From: Candidatus Omnitrophota bacterium
Lineage (GTDB): Bacteria > Omnitrophota > Gorgyraeia > Zapsychrales > Fredricksoniimonadaceae
Assembly (NCBI GenBank): GCA_903908245.1
Contig: CAIVRE010000028.1
Coordinates: 1 to 58,089 of the forward strand
Direction of reading: 5' to 3'
DNA: 58,089 bases
Shown here in pieces: positions 35,045-42,956 of this stretch. The notes below the pieces were generated by a model. That model was not told where the DNA came from. It ran no database searches and saw only the letters and a program-made list of their open reading frames with translations. The first letter of the stretch is position 1. Every line of letters starts with the position of its first letter. The translations under genes and the position numbers were made by a program.

Positions 35045-36358
35045 TCAGGATGACGTTCCGACACTTAAATCCGTCGGCGCACGGCCGATACTCTCCAAAA
35101 GTTCTTTCGTCACCCTGATCTGCTCGCCCAGCGGATCATCCTGATGCGCCCGGCCAGGATAAATATCATACAACGCACGCCGGTCGACAGGCGTAACATT
35201 GAGCATCACCGAATTGGCCCCGGCCATCAGCCCTTCACGCCGCGCCCGGGGATCCAGCGTTTCAAGCCCCGTCGTGACCAGGATCTTGGCCTGCGCCAGA
35301 AGAACGAACCGCGCCGCTGCCAACACTCCGATAACATCATCCACCGAAGGCCGTGCCACTTTCGCGAAAGGCGTCACCGGATGCGGCAGCACCGGGCCCA
35401 GGGAAAGCATTTCAACATTCAGGTCACGGGCGAGCTCCAGGTCACGGACAATATCTTCGGCCGTCTGCCCGGGAAGGCCGACCAGCGAACCGGTCAGGAT
35501 CAGATACCCCAGCTCGGCGGCATGACGGATCTCCGCGAGGCGGTCCGAAAGTTTGCAGCCCGGATGAAGCCGTTCATACATTTCAGGTGATGATGTCTCA
35601 AACCGCATCAAAAGCCCGCGCGCGCCGGCCTCATAGAGACGGCTTAACCCCGTACGGCCGACCTCGCCGAAACTGATAAAGACCAGCACACCGAAACGCC
35701 GCTTGACCTCGGCGACAATATCAACCAGCTCATCGATCGTGCGCCCGGGGTCCTCCCCGCTCTGCAAGACCAGCGCCTTGAACCCGTATTCCTCGACCGC
35801 CACGCGTACCGCCTCGAATATCTCGTCGGCCGTCATCCGGTAGCGCGTCAGCTCCTCGCTCAAACATGAAATACCGCAATAATGGCACCCTTGGGCACAA
35901 TGATTCGATATCTCAACGATCCCGTGCACACAGCAGGAATTGCTGTGATGCTTCTGGCGCAGATTGTTCGCCGCGCTCAGGAAAAATTCGCGCTCCGCGG
36001 GATCCTTGATCCTGAGCAGATAAAGGATATCCTCTGACGAAAGCTTTTCCCCTGCCGCAGCCGCGTCCATCATCGCGCGCACACGGTCGAATCGCTTCTT
36101 CCCCCAGGGGGTCAGCTGGCTGGACTTCGCGTCCAATTCCTGCAGTTCAAAAAACAGGTCTTTCCAGGTGGACAGGGTCGCCTCGGCCTCACGCGCCGAC
36201 ACCCGGCTGATCACGAACCCGCCCTGGGCATACACATAATCCCCGACCTTCAGGTTGGTCAGTTCATTGATCGCTTTCTTCTCTTCCCCGAAATAATCAA
36301 CGACCGCGAACTTGCCCCCGACGAACTCCTTGACCCGACCGGGAATGGCGTAGCACAT
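35045..36358 (-). CDS. HypC/HupF domain fused to a HydE/BioB-like radical SAM domain
   Basis: N-terminus MCYAIPGRV...VGDYVYAQGGF; CAQGCHYC; LQSGED; RFETS; GANSVM; YDIYPGR. Confidence 0.85.
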   Translation of the reverse strand: MCYAIPGRVKEFVGGKFAVVDYFGEEKKAINELTNLKVGDYVYAQGGFVISRVSAREAEATLSTWKDLFFELQELDAKSSQLTPWGKKRFDRVRAMMDAAAAGEKLSSEDILYLLRIKDPAEREFFLSAANNLRQKHHSNSCCVHGIVEISNHCAQGCHYCGISCLSEELTRYRMTADEIFEAVRVAVEEYGFKALVLQSGEDPGRTIDELVDIVAEVKRRFGVLVFISFGEVGRTGLSRLYEAGARGLLMRFETSSPEMYERLHPGCKLSDRLAEIRHAAELGYLILTGSLVGLPGQTAEDIVRDLELARDLNVEMLSLGPVLPHPVTPFAKVARPSVDDVIGVLAAARFVLLAQAKILVTTGLETLDPRARREGLMAGANSVMLNVTPVDRRALYDIYPGRAHQDDPLGEQIRVTKELLESIGRAPTDLSVGTSS

Positions 36359-36366
36359 GGGATCCG

Positions 36367-36705
36367 TTAACCTGTGATCGATTCAATAAAGAACTCTTTG
36401 CCGGAGTCCGTAGGTTTGCCCAGGACCTGGCATTTCGGACAGGACATCTGGGAGCCCTTCTTGGGAAACAATCCCGAACAGGCAGGGCACTGAAGCTTGG
36501 CAGGAACGAACAAAACCACGAGCTTCACCCCTTCCAGCGAAGTCCCGTCGACGAATTCTTCCCAGTGAAGGCGCATCGACATTTCATCGAAGCCCAATGC
36601 TTCGCCGACCACGACCGTAACAGCCGATGGCGTTACGATCTTCTTTTCCGCGATCATCTTCTGGGCGTGAGCGACCAGATGCTGGACCTGATGGGATTCA
36701 TGCAT
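36367..36705 (-). CDS. hypA: Hydrogenase nickel metallochaperone HypA
   Basis: MHES start, CPAC...CPKC, GKEFFIESI. Confidence 0.9.
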   Translation of the reverse strand: MHESHQVQHLVAHAQKMIAEKKIVTPSAVTVVVGEALGFDEMSMRLHWEEFVDGTSLEGVKLVVLFVPAKLQCPACSGLFPKKGSQMSCPKCQVLGKPTDSGKEFFIESITG

Positions 36706-36733
36706 ATAAAACTCCATTCGAATTAACGTCAGA

Positions 36734-36763
36734 TCGCCGGGCGACCCATCGGGTCGCCCCTAC
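36734..36763. repeat. GTAG-type REP, family B, copy 1
   Basis: Minus strand GTAG-GGGCGACCC-GAT-GGGTCGCCC; 30 bp identical to 48732-48761. Confidence 0.8.
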
Positions 36764-36772
36764 ACTCATGGA

Positions 36773-37123
36773 TTATCCGGCCGACTGGACGGCTTTAAAC
36801 ATGTCTTTGGAACGAGCCGTCGAAACCGGCGCGTATTTGGTGTCCAGCGCCAGGCACTTCTTGGGGCAGACCTCAACACAATAATTACAGGAAATACAGC
36901 GCAGACGGTCGATCTCCCAGGACTTGGGTTCTTTGGTCACCGCAATAGCGGCCGTCGGACATTTCTTTTGGCAGATGCCGCAAAAGATACATTTTTCAAG
37001 CTCGATATTAACGCTGCCGCGCGCGCCCTGCGGATAAACCTTTGGAACGAACGGATACCGTTCGGTCACCGGCCCGGTGAACAAATTCTTCAGAACAACT
37101 TTGGAAAAACCCATGAATGACAT
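36773..37123 (-). CDS. echF: Ech hydrogenase 2x[4Fe-4S] subunit
   Basis: CIFCGICQKKCP and CISCNYCVEVCP. Confidence 0.9.
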   Translation of the reverse strand: MSFMGFSKVVLKNLFTGPVTERYPFVPKVYPQGARGSVNIELEKCIFCGICQKKCPTAAIAVTKEPKSWEIDRLRCISCNYCVEVCPKKCLALDTKYAPVSTARSKDMFKAVQSAG

Positions 37124-37129
37124 AATTCC

Positions 37130-38209
37130 CTATCTTTCCGCGCAACTGATACAAGGGTCGATCGTCAGAACGATCACCGGAACATCCGCCAGCTGACAAC
37201 CGGCCAGCGTGGCCAGCAGCGGCGGGATATTGGCGAACGTCGGCGTACGCACCCGCAGGCGCGACAAGAACTTCGTACCATTGGCTTTTGCATAATAGAT
37301 CGCTTCGCCGCGGGGCTGCTCGCTGCGCATAAAGAATTCACCCGCAGGATTGCCTGTCACCTTGACCTCGATCGGGCCGTCGGTCATCTTCCCGACGCAT
37401 TGCTCGATCATCACAAAAGAAGCATCCATCTCGCGCATGCGCACCATACAACGGGCGTAACAATCACCGGCCGTCTCCGTAACAGGCGTGAACCCGATCC
37501 TGTCATACCCCGAATAACCCGTCGAACGGATATCCTGGGCAATGCCGCTGCCGCGCAGCATTGGCCCGACAGCGCCAAGGCTGATGGCATCCGCCCGGGA
37601 AAGAAGGCCAACGCCCTGCATGCGATGCTTGACCGTCTGGTCTTTCATGAACTGCTCGCAAAGCTGCGCAATGTCCTTGCGGTACACATTCATCTTCTTC
37701 ATGATCTCGTCCATCTTGACCGACGATATATCCCGGCGGACCCCGCCGATCTTGGCCGACCCGAAAATAACACGGCCGCCCGTGGTCTCTTCGATAATAT
37801 CAAGGATCTGCTCGCGCAAACGCCAGGACTGCATGAACATGCTCTCGAACCCGAAACTGTCTGCGGTCAAGCCCAGCCACAGCAAATGGCTATGGATCCG
37901 GGAAAGCTCCGACCAGATGATCCGCAGGTACTGCGCGCGGTCCGGCACCTGGACCTTCATGAGCTCCTCAATGGCCATGCAATAGGTCAGGCCATGGATA
38001 AAACTGCAAATGCCGCAAATGCGCTCGGCGACATAAACATAATCCACATAATCTTTCTTCTCGACCAACCGCTCCAGCCCGCGATGGATGAAACCAATGG
38101 AGGGGATCGCTTCAATGACCTTCTCGTCCTCGACCACCAGGTCAAGATGAATGGGCTCGGGAAGGACCGGATGCTGCGGGCCAAAAGGGATAATGGTGCG
38201 CTCACTCAT
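37130..38209 (-). CDS. echE: Group 4 [NiFe] hydrogenase large subunit
   Basis: GPQHP, ERICGICS (L1), DPCISCAER (L2, no cleavable extension). Confidence 0.93.
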   Translation of the reverse strand: MSERTIIPFGPQHPVLPEPIHLDLVVEDEKVIEAIPSIGFIHRGLERLVEKKDYVDYVYVAERICGICSFIHGLTYCMAIEELMKVQVPDRAQYLRIIWSELSRIHSHLLWLGLTADSFGFESMFMQSWRLREQILDIIEETTGGRVIFGSAKIGGVRRDISSVKMDEIMKKMNVYRKDIAQLCEQFMKDQTVKHRMQGVGLLSRADAISLGAVGPMLRGSGIAQDIRSTGYSGYDRIGFTPVTETAGDCYARCMVRMREMDASFVMIEQCVGKMTDGPIEVKVTGNPAGEFFMRSEQPRGEAIYYAKANGTKFLSRLRVRTPTFANIPPLLATLAGCQLADVPVIVLTIDPCISCAER

Positions 38210-38571
38210 GGCTTCACTTCCCCCTCCGGCGCGCAATTGAACGGGGTCTTAAGCGCTGTCCGATAAAAGTTCCCCTTAAAATCGATCGATATCCCCTTAA
38301 CCTCGACGCCGTAAAGGTCATGGATCTCGTTCTCGTAATGGAATGAATTGCCGTAGATCTTGCTGATGCTCGGAACCGGCGTGGACGTATCGGCCAGCGT
38401 CAGGCGATAACTGAGAAAAGCAAAATCCTTGTCGAACGAATACGCCACTTCCAGATGGTCCGGCAGCTTGCTGCAGCAGATCTGCACCAGCCGCTGGCCC
38501 TGGGCTTTCATAGCGGACACCTTTTCGATCAGCTCCGCGGGAGTAATTTCAATGATCTGCTGTTGCGCCAT
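38206..38571 (-). CDS. echD: Ech subunit D (NuoC-like)
   Basis: SISKIY...YENEIHDLYG; position in the ech gene order. Confidence 0.85.
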   Translation of the reverse strand: MAQQQIIEITPAELIEKVSAMKAQGQRLVQICCSKLPDHLEVAYSFDKDFAFLSYRLTLADTSTPVPSISKIYGNSFHYENEIHDLYGVEVKGISIDFKGNFYRTALKTPFNCAPEGEVKP

Positions 38572-38573
38572 AA

Positions 38574-39014
38574 TTATGCCTTCCCTGCTGCCTTAAAAGC
38601 AGCGCGTTTTTCTTCCAATATACCGACGCCCTTGACCACCGCATCGATGATCGATTCAGGACGGACCGCACAGCCCGGAACATACACATCCACCGGAAGC
38701 ACCTTGTCCACACCGCCCAGGACATTGTAACATTCGCGGAAGATCCCTCCCGATGTGGCACAAATACCGACCGCCAGCACCACTTTCGGCTCCGGCATCT
38801 GGTTATAAATATTCAACACTACCGGTTTGTTCTGCTCGTTAATAGAACCGGTCAAAAGAAGAATATCCGCGTGCTTCGGGTTGCCCGTATTCACCACGCC
38901 GAACCGCTCCACGTCAAAACGCGGCATCAGCGCCGCCAGCACCTCGATATCGCAGCCGTTACAGCTCGATCCGTCATAATGAATAACCCATGGTGACCTG
39001 GAAAGCATGCCCAT
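38574..39014 (-). CDS. echC: Ech small subunit (NuoB-like)
   Basis: SSCNGCDIE, GICATSGG, VYVPGCAVRP. Confidence 0.92.
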   Translation of the reverse strand: MGMLSRSPWVIHYDGSSCNGCDIEVLAALMPRFDVERFGVVNTGNPKHADILLLTGSINEQNKPVVLNIYNQMPEPKVVLAVGICATSGGIFRECYNVLGGVDKVLPVDVYVPGCAVRPESIIDAVVKGVGILEEKRAAFKAAGKA

Positions 39015-39018
39015 TTTT

Positions 39019-39870
39019 TCAGCCCTTCATCCACATCAGATAAATGATATTTAATCCCCCGGCGACAAGCGCCACCACCCAGGCGCTGCCCAACATGGCC
39101 TGCCAGCGCACGCGCGCCGTGGCATTATCCACCACCAGTAAGAGTTCAAAAATAACCAGCGTCATCAAAAGCCCGAACCAGACATTCGATGCGAAGAACA
39201 GATACCCGATCCCGAGCACAAAAACATATTCATACCAGTGCGCAATCTCGATGAGCGCGAGCGTCCGGCCCGAGAATTCGGTCGTGATCCCCTTCACAAG
39301 CTCCTGATGCGCATGATGCGATGTCGCCAGGTCGAACGGCGACTTGCGGAACTTGATCGGCAGGATAAAAAAGAACGCCAGGAACAATCCCGGCAGCTGC
39401 GCGATCAAAGGATGCGGATACTCAATGATCTTCGCCACCTGGAAACTGCCGGTGACCATATACATCCCCACCGCCGCCAGCAATACGGCCGGCTCATACG
39501 ACATCATCTGCAGGACCTCGCGCTGCGCGCCGATAAAGCTGTACGGCGAACTGGCCTTGTACCCGCCCAGCGCGAAAAAAACACCGGCCATCGTGAATGC
39601 GAAGATCACCAGAAGCAGGTCCCCGCCCGAAAAAAAGATCGCGCCTGAAAAAACCATCAGGACAAAAAAGAATTCCATATAAAGATGCTGGGACTGGCGA
39701 ACGACCAGGGTCTCTTTCTGAAACAGCTTGCCGACATCATAAAAAGGCTGAAAAAGCGGCGGCCCGATACGCCCCTGCAAACGCGCCGAGATCTTGCGGT
39801 CAAGGCCCGCGATGATCCCGCCAAGAAACGGCGCAAAAAGAATATAGGCAATGCCTGAAAACCAGCTCAT
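39019..39870 (-). CDS. echB: Ech membrane subunit (NuoH-like)
   Basis: DRKISARLQGRIGPP, QPFYD, PFD. Confidence 0.9.
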   Translation of the reverse strand: MSWFSGIAYILFAPFLGGIIAGLDRKISARLQGRIGPPLFQPFYDVGKLFQKETLVVRQSQHLYMEFFFVLMVFSGAIFFSGGDLLLVIFAFTMAGVFFALGGYKASSPYSFIGAQREVLQMMSYEPAVLLAAVGMYMVTGSFQVAKIIEYPHPLIAQLPGLFLAFFFILPIKFRKSPFDLATSHHAHQELVKGITTEFSGRTLALIEIAHWYEYVFVLGIGYLFFASNVWFGLLMTLVIFELLLVVDNATARVRWQAMLGSAWVVALVAGGLNIIYLMWMKG

Positions 39871-39871
39871 C

Positions 39872-41776
39872 TTACATCCCCCCGATCGCGATCATCGCGA
39901 TCAAAAACACAACGGTCACCAGGACTCCGAGGCGCATCAAGCGTGCCTCGCTAAAATAATTTTCCATATAAAAATTCTTCATGTGCATCGCTTTCACGCC
40001 GCCCATGGAATCACGGAACTGCTGGCCGAGTTCCCCCACATTGGCACCGGCCAAATAAGGCGGCGAAACCTTGACCCCGCGGCCGTAATTCAGGAACGCC
40101 AGCGGGAAAAACCCTATCATGGACAACATGATCGTCATGATAGCCATATTACCCGCACCCAGGGACATCGAATGCCCATACAACGCAACAATATACGGAT
40201 CAATAAAAACCACGGCGAATGGCGCAAACAAGGCACAGATCAAAAGGGTCAACCCCGTCAGCGCGCCCATCGGGATCCACTGGCTTCTGGAAATACCGGT
40301 CTCAATATTCGTATAAGGCTTCTCAACATTAATGATCTTGCCCAGCCACTTCACCCAGAAGAACAAGGTCGCCGCACTTCCGTAAATAAGAAAAATGGCG
40401 AACAGGGGATTGTAATCCACGATCGCACGCAAGACAGCCCATTTACTGATGAGCATCCCGAAAGGTGCCAGGAACATCCCCGCGATCCCGATCTCCAGCA
40501 TGAACGCAAGCCTCGGGAGGCGAATGACCAGCCCCGACATATCTTCGATCTGCCGGCTGCCCAGCTTGTGCTCGATCGAACCGACGCAAAGGAACAGCAG
40601 CCCTTTGGATACAGCATGAAATACGATAAGAAGGATCCCGGCCCACACCGCTTCATACGTCCCAATGCCGGCGCACAGGATGATAAGCCCGAGATTCGCA
40701 ATGGTCGAATACGCCAGCACCTTTTTCGCGTCATTCTGACTGATGCAAATGAATGAACCGATAAGGAATGTAACCAGCCCGACTAAAGCAATGACCATCC
40801 CCAGCAATGTCCCTTCCAGAGAAGCTGCAAACCGCAAAACAATATAAACACCCGCCTTGACCATGGTCGACGAATGCAAAAGCGCGGACACCGGCGTAGG
40901 CGCCACCATCGCCCCTACCAGCCAGGATGAGAACGGCAGCTGAGCGGATTTGGTAAGCCCGGCGAAACTGATCAGTGCCAGCGGCAACATGACCAGCGCC
41001 TTGGGCAGCGACAACAACTTGTCGAGCTCGATCGTATGCTGTGTATGGTAAAGATAAATAATGCCGAGCAAGAAAGCCAGCCCGCCCAAAAGATTCCAGC
41101 GCAGGGCCCAGAAAGCGTTCTTCACGGAAATATCGTCCATTTTATAGCGGATCATCAGGAAGGAACAGACCGTCGTGATCTCCCAAAAAAAGAAGAGCCA
41201 TAAAAGATTATTGGAAAAACAAACACCGAACATGGCGGAAAGAAAGAGGAAAATAATACCAAAAAAAACCGGGCGGTTGTCAGGGATAGCGTGCCCCGCA
41301 TGATCACCGGAATGCTTATGAAGGTCCCGCATATATCCGACGGAGAACACCGCGATCAGGGTGCCAACGATCCCTACGATCAACCCCATCACGACCGAGA
41401 AAAGATCAAAAAAGAGATTGGCCCCGGCATGAGCGGAATGCCCTGTCCCGAAATGGAACCCGAACAAAAGGATAGACTGGATAACCACCAGCGCGCTTAC
41501 AGCCCAGTCGCGCTGTTTTAACGCTAAGAACAGCAGATACGCGGAAACAACCCCTTCCACCGCCAGCATCACCGGTTCAACCCAGCCGAAATGCGCCGGG
41601 ATCAATATGGGCTTACCGCCTGCCGAAAGGCCAACCAATAAACAACTGGCCCCGATCAACACGGCGGATGCCGGATAAATAACAAGCGGGAAAAGCGACC
41701 CTTTGCGAACAAGCACAATGACCAGCGCAACCGCCAAAGGGAACAAAATAAGAAAATTCAACAGTGCTGAAGCCAT
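39872..41776 (-). CDS. echA: Ech antiporter-like membrane subunit (NuoL-like)
   Basis: WEITT, KSAQLPF, AMVAPTPVSALLHSSTMVKAG, LAYST. Confidence 0.9.
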   Translation of the reverse strand: MASALLNFLILFPLAVALVIVLVRKGSLFPLVIYPASAVLIGASCLLVGLSAGGKPILIPAHFGWVEPVMLAVEGVVSAYLLFLALKQRDWAVSALVVIQSILLFGFHFGTGHSAHAGANLFFDLFSVVMGLIVGIVGTLIAVFSVGYMRDLHKHSGDHAGHAIPDNRPVFFGIIFLFLSAMFGVCFSNNLLWLFFFWEITTVCSFLMIRYKMDDISVKNAFWALRWNLLGGLAFLLGIIYLYHTQHTIELDKLLSLPKALVMLPLALISFAGLTKSAQLPFSSWLVGAMVAPTPVSALLHSSTMVKAGVYIVLRFAASLEGTLLGMVIALVGLVTFLIGSFICISQNDAKKVLAYSTIANLGLIILCAGIGTYEAVWAGILLIVFHAVSKGLLFLCVGSIEHKLGSRQIEDMSGLVIRLPRLAFMLEIGIAGMFLAPFGMLISKWAVLRAIVDYNPLFAIFLIYGSAATLFFWVKWLGKIINVEKPYTNIETGISRSQWIPMGALTGLTLLICALFAPFAVVFIDPYIVALYGHSMSLGAGNMAIMTIMLSMIGFFPLAFLNYGRGVKVSPPYLAGANVGELGQQFRDSMGGVKAMHMKNFYMENYFSEARLMRLGVLVTVVFLIAMIAIGGM

Positions 41777-41800
41777 CCGATCTCTCTTTCTAAGATCCGA

Positions 41801-41829
41801 CCATCCCCACCCCGGGGGTGAAGGAGGTT
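41801..41829. repeat. Palindromic repeat, family A, copy 2 (partial)
   Basis: 41809-41829 is the exact reverse complement of 8155-8175 (21 bp); it touches the exbD stop codon. Confidence 0.75.
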
Positions 41830-42241
41830 ATTCCGTATGTACTGCCATAATGTCCAAATTACCGATGCCCAATTCTGTCAGCAGATCAAAAACATCAACA
41901 ACATCTTTAAAGCGCGTCTGTTGATCGGCCCGAAGATTCACGCTCATCCCCGGCTCTTCCCGGTGCATTGTAACGATCTTCTCCTTTAATTCCGCCTGGG
42001 TGACCAGTTTGTCATTCAGATAAACCATGCCTTCGGTCGTGATCGTAATGACCGCCCGCATTTGACGCCCGGTCTCCTGCTGCACGGGAGCCTTGACCTT
42101 CGGCAGTTTGACCTTGATATTCGACTGATAAATGACCGGCGCCGCCACCATGAAGATGATCAGAAGCACCAGGATCACATCCGTAAAAGGCGTAATATTG
42201 ATCTCGGCAACAAACCGCTGCCGGCGGTGATGTCGTATCAT
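41828..42241 (-). CDS. exbD: ExbD/TolR family protein
   Basis: EINITPFTDVILVLLIIFM, LRADQ. Confidence 0.88.
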   Translation of the reverse strand: MIRHHRRQRFVAEINITPFTDVILVLLIIFMVAAPVIYQSNIKVKLPKVKAPVQQETGRQMRAVITITTEGMVYLNDKLVTQAELKEKIVTMHREEPGMSVNLRADQQTRFKDVVDVFDLLTELGIGNLDIMAVHTE

Positions 42242-42852
42242 GCCTTGACTCTAAGAAGGTCCACTGTCTCAGACGCGCAGACTTCCATGTCTCTCTGAAG
42301 GTCCTCGATCTTTTTAATGAAATAGTTATACGCGATGACCGCAGGCACCGCCACGCACAGGCCCACCGCGGTACAAATAAGCGCCTCCGCGATCCCGTTA
42401 ATGACCACGCTCACGCCGCCGGCGCCCTTTTGCGAAATGTCCTGGAACGCCTTGATGATCCCCAAAACCGTCCCGAAAAGGCCGATATAGACCGCGGTGC
42501 TCCCGATGGTACCGACAATGCTGATCCTTTTCTCCAAACGGGAAACCTCGATCATCATCTGACGTTCCATGGAATTCTCGATCTCTTCCAGGCTGGTGCC
42601 CTTGCGTTGAACCCCGGCGCCAACCACCCGGCTGCCCGGAGTATCGGCCCCTTTACAAATATCAAGCGCCTTCGGGATATTCTCCTTGCGAACCTCTCTT
42701 GTCACCAGCTCCATCAACGCTTCACGCCCGACCCGTGTGCAGTAATAATAATAAATAACCCGCTCCACAATGATCGCCAGAGAGAGGACCGACAAGGTTA
42801 GAAGTACATTGACCGTTGCCCCGCCGGAGCTCAACAATTGCCATAAACTCAT
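42238..42852 (-). CDS. exbB: ExbB/TolQ/MotA family proton channel
   Basis: IGLFGTVLGI, GIAEALICTAVGLCVAVPA. Confidence 0.88.
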   Translation of the reverse strand: MSLWQLLSSGGATVNVLLTLSVLSLAIIVERVIYYYYCTRVGREALMELVTREVRKENIPKALDICKGADTPGSRVVGAGVQRKGTSLEEIENSMERQMMIEVSRLEKRISIVGTIGSTAVYIGLFGTVLGIIKAFQDISQKGAGGVSVVINGIAEALICTAVGLCVAVPAVIAYNYFIKKIEDLQRDMEVCASETVDLLRVKA

Positions 42853-42956
42853 GTTATATCCTCAAGGAACTTTCCATTAAAAGAATCCCCGCGGCCCTTT
42901 ACCAGCCCGCGGGGAATCAAAGCTTGCCGGGCCGAGATCAACCCGGCCCCTACATT

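Noticed and set aside
35045..36358. Calling this gene hydE or bioB outright
   Set aside because: There is no FeFe hydrogenase or biotin context in the window, and the HypC fusion argues against a simple assignment.
37130..38209. Ehr/complex I-like subunit without nickel
   Set aside because: Both Ni-binding CxxC motifs are present and hypA/nikMN are adjacent.
42884..42950. GC hairpins between hppA and exbB as a third repeat family
   Set aside because: Single occurrence in the window; more simply a terminator or stability hairpin.
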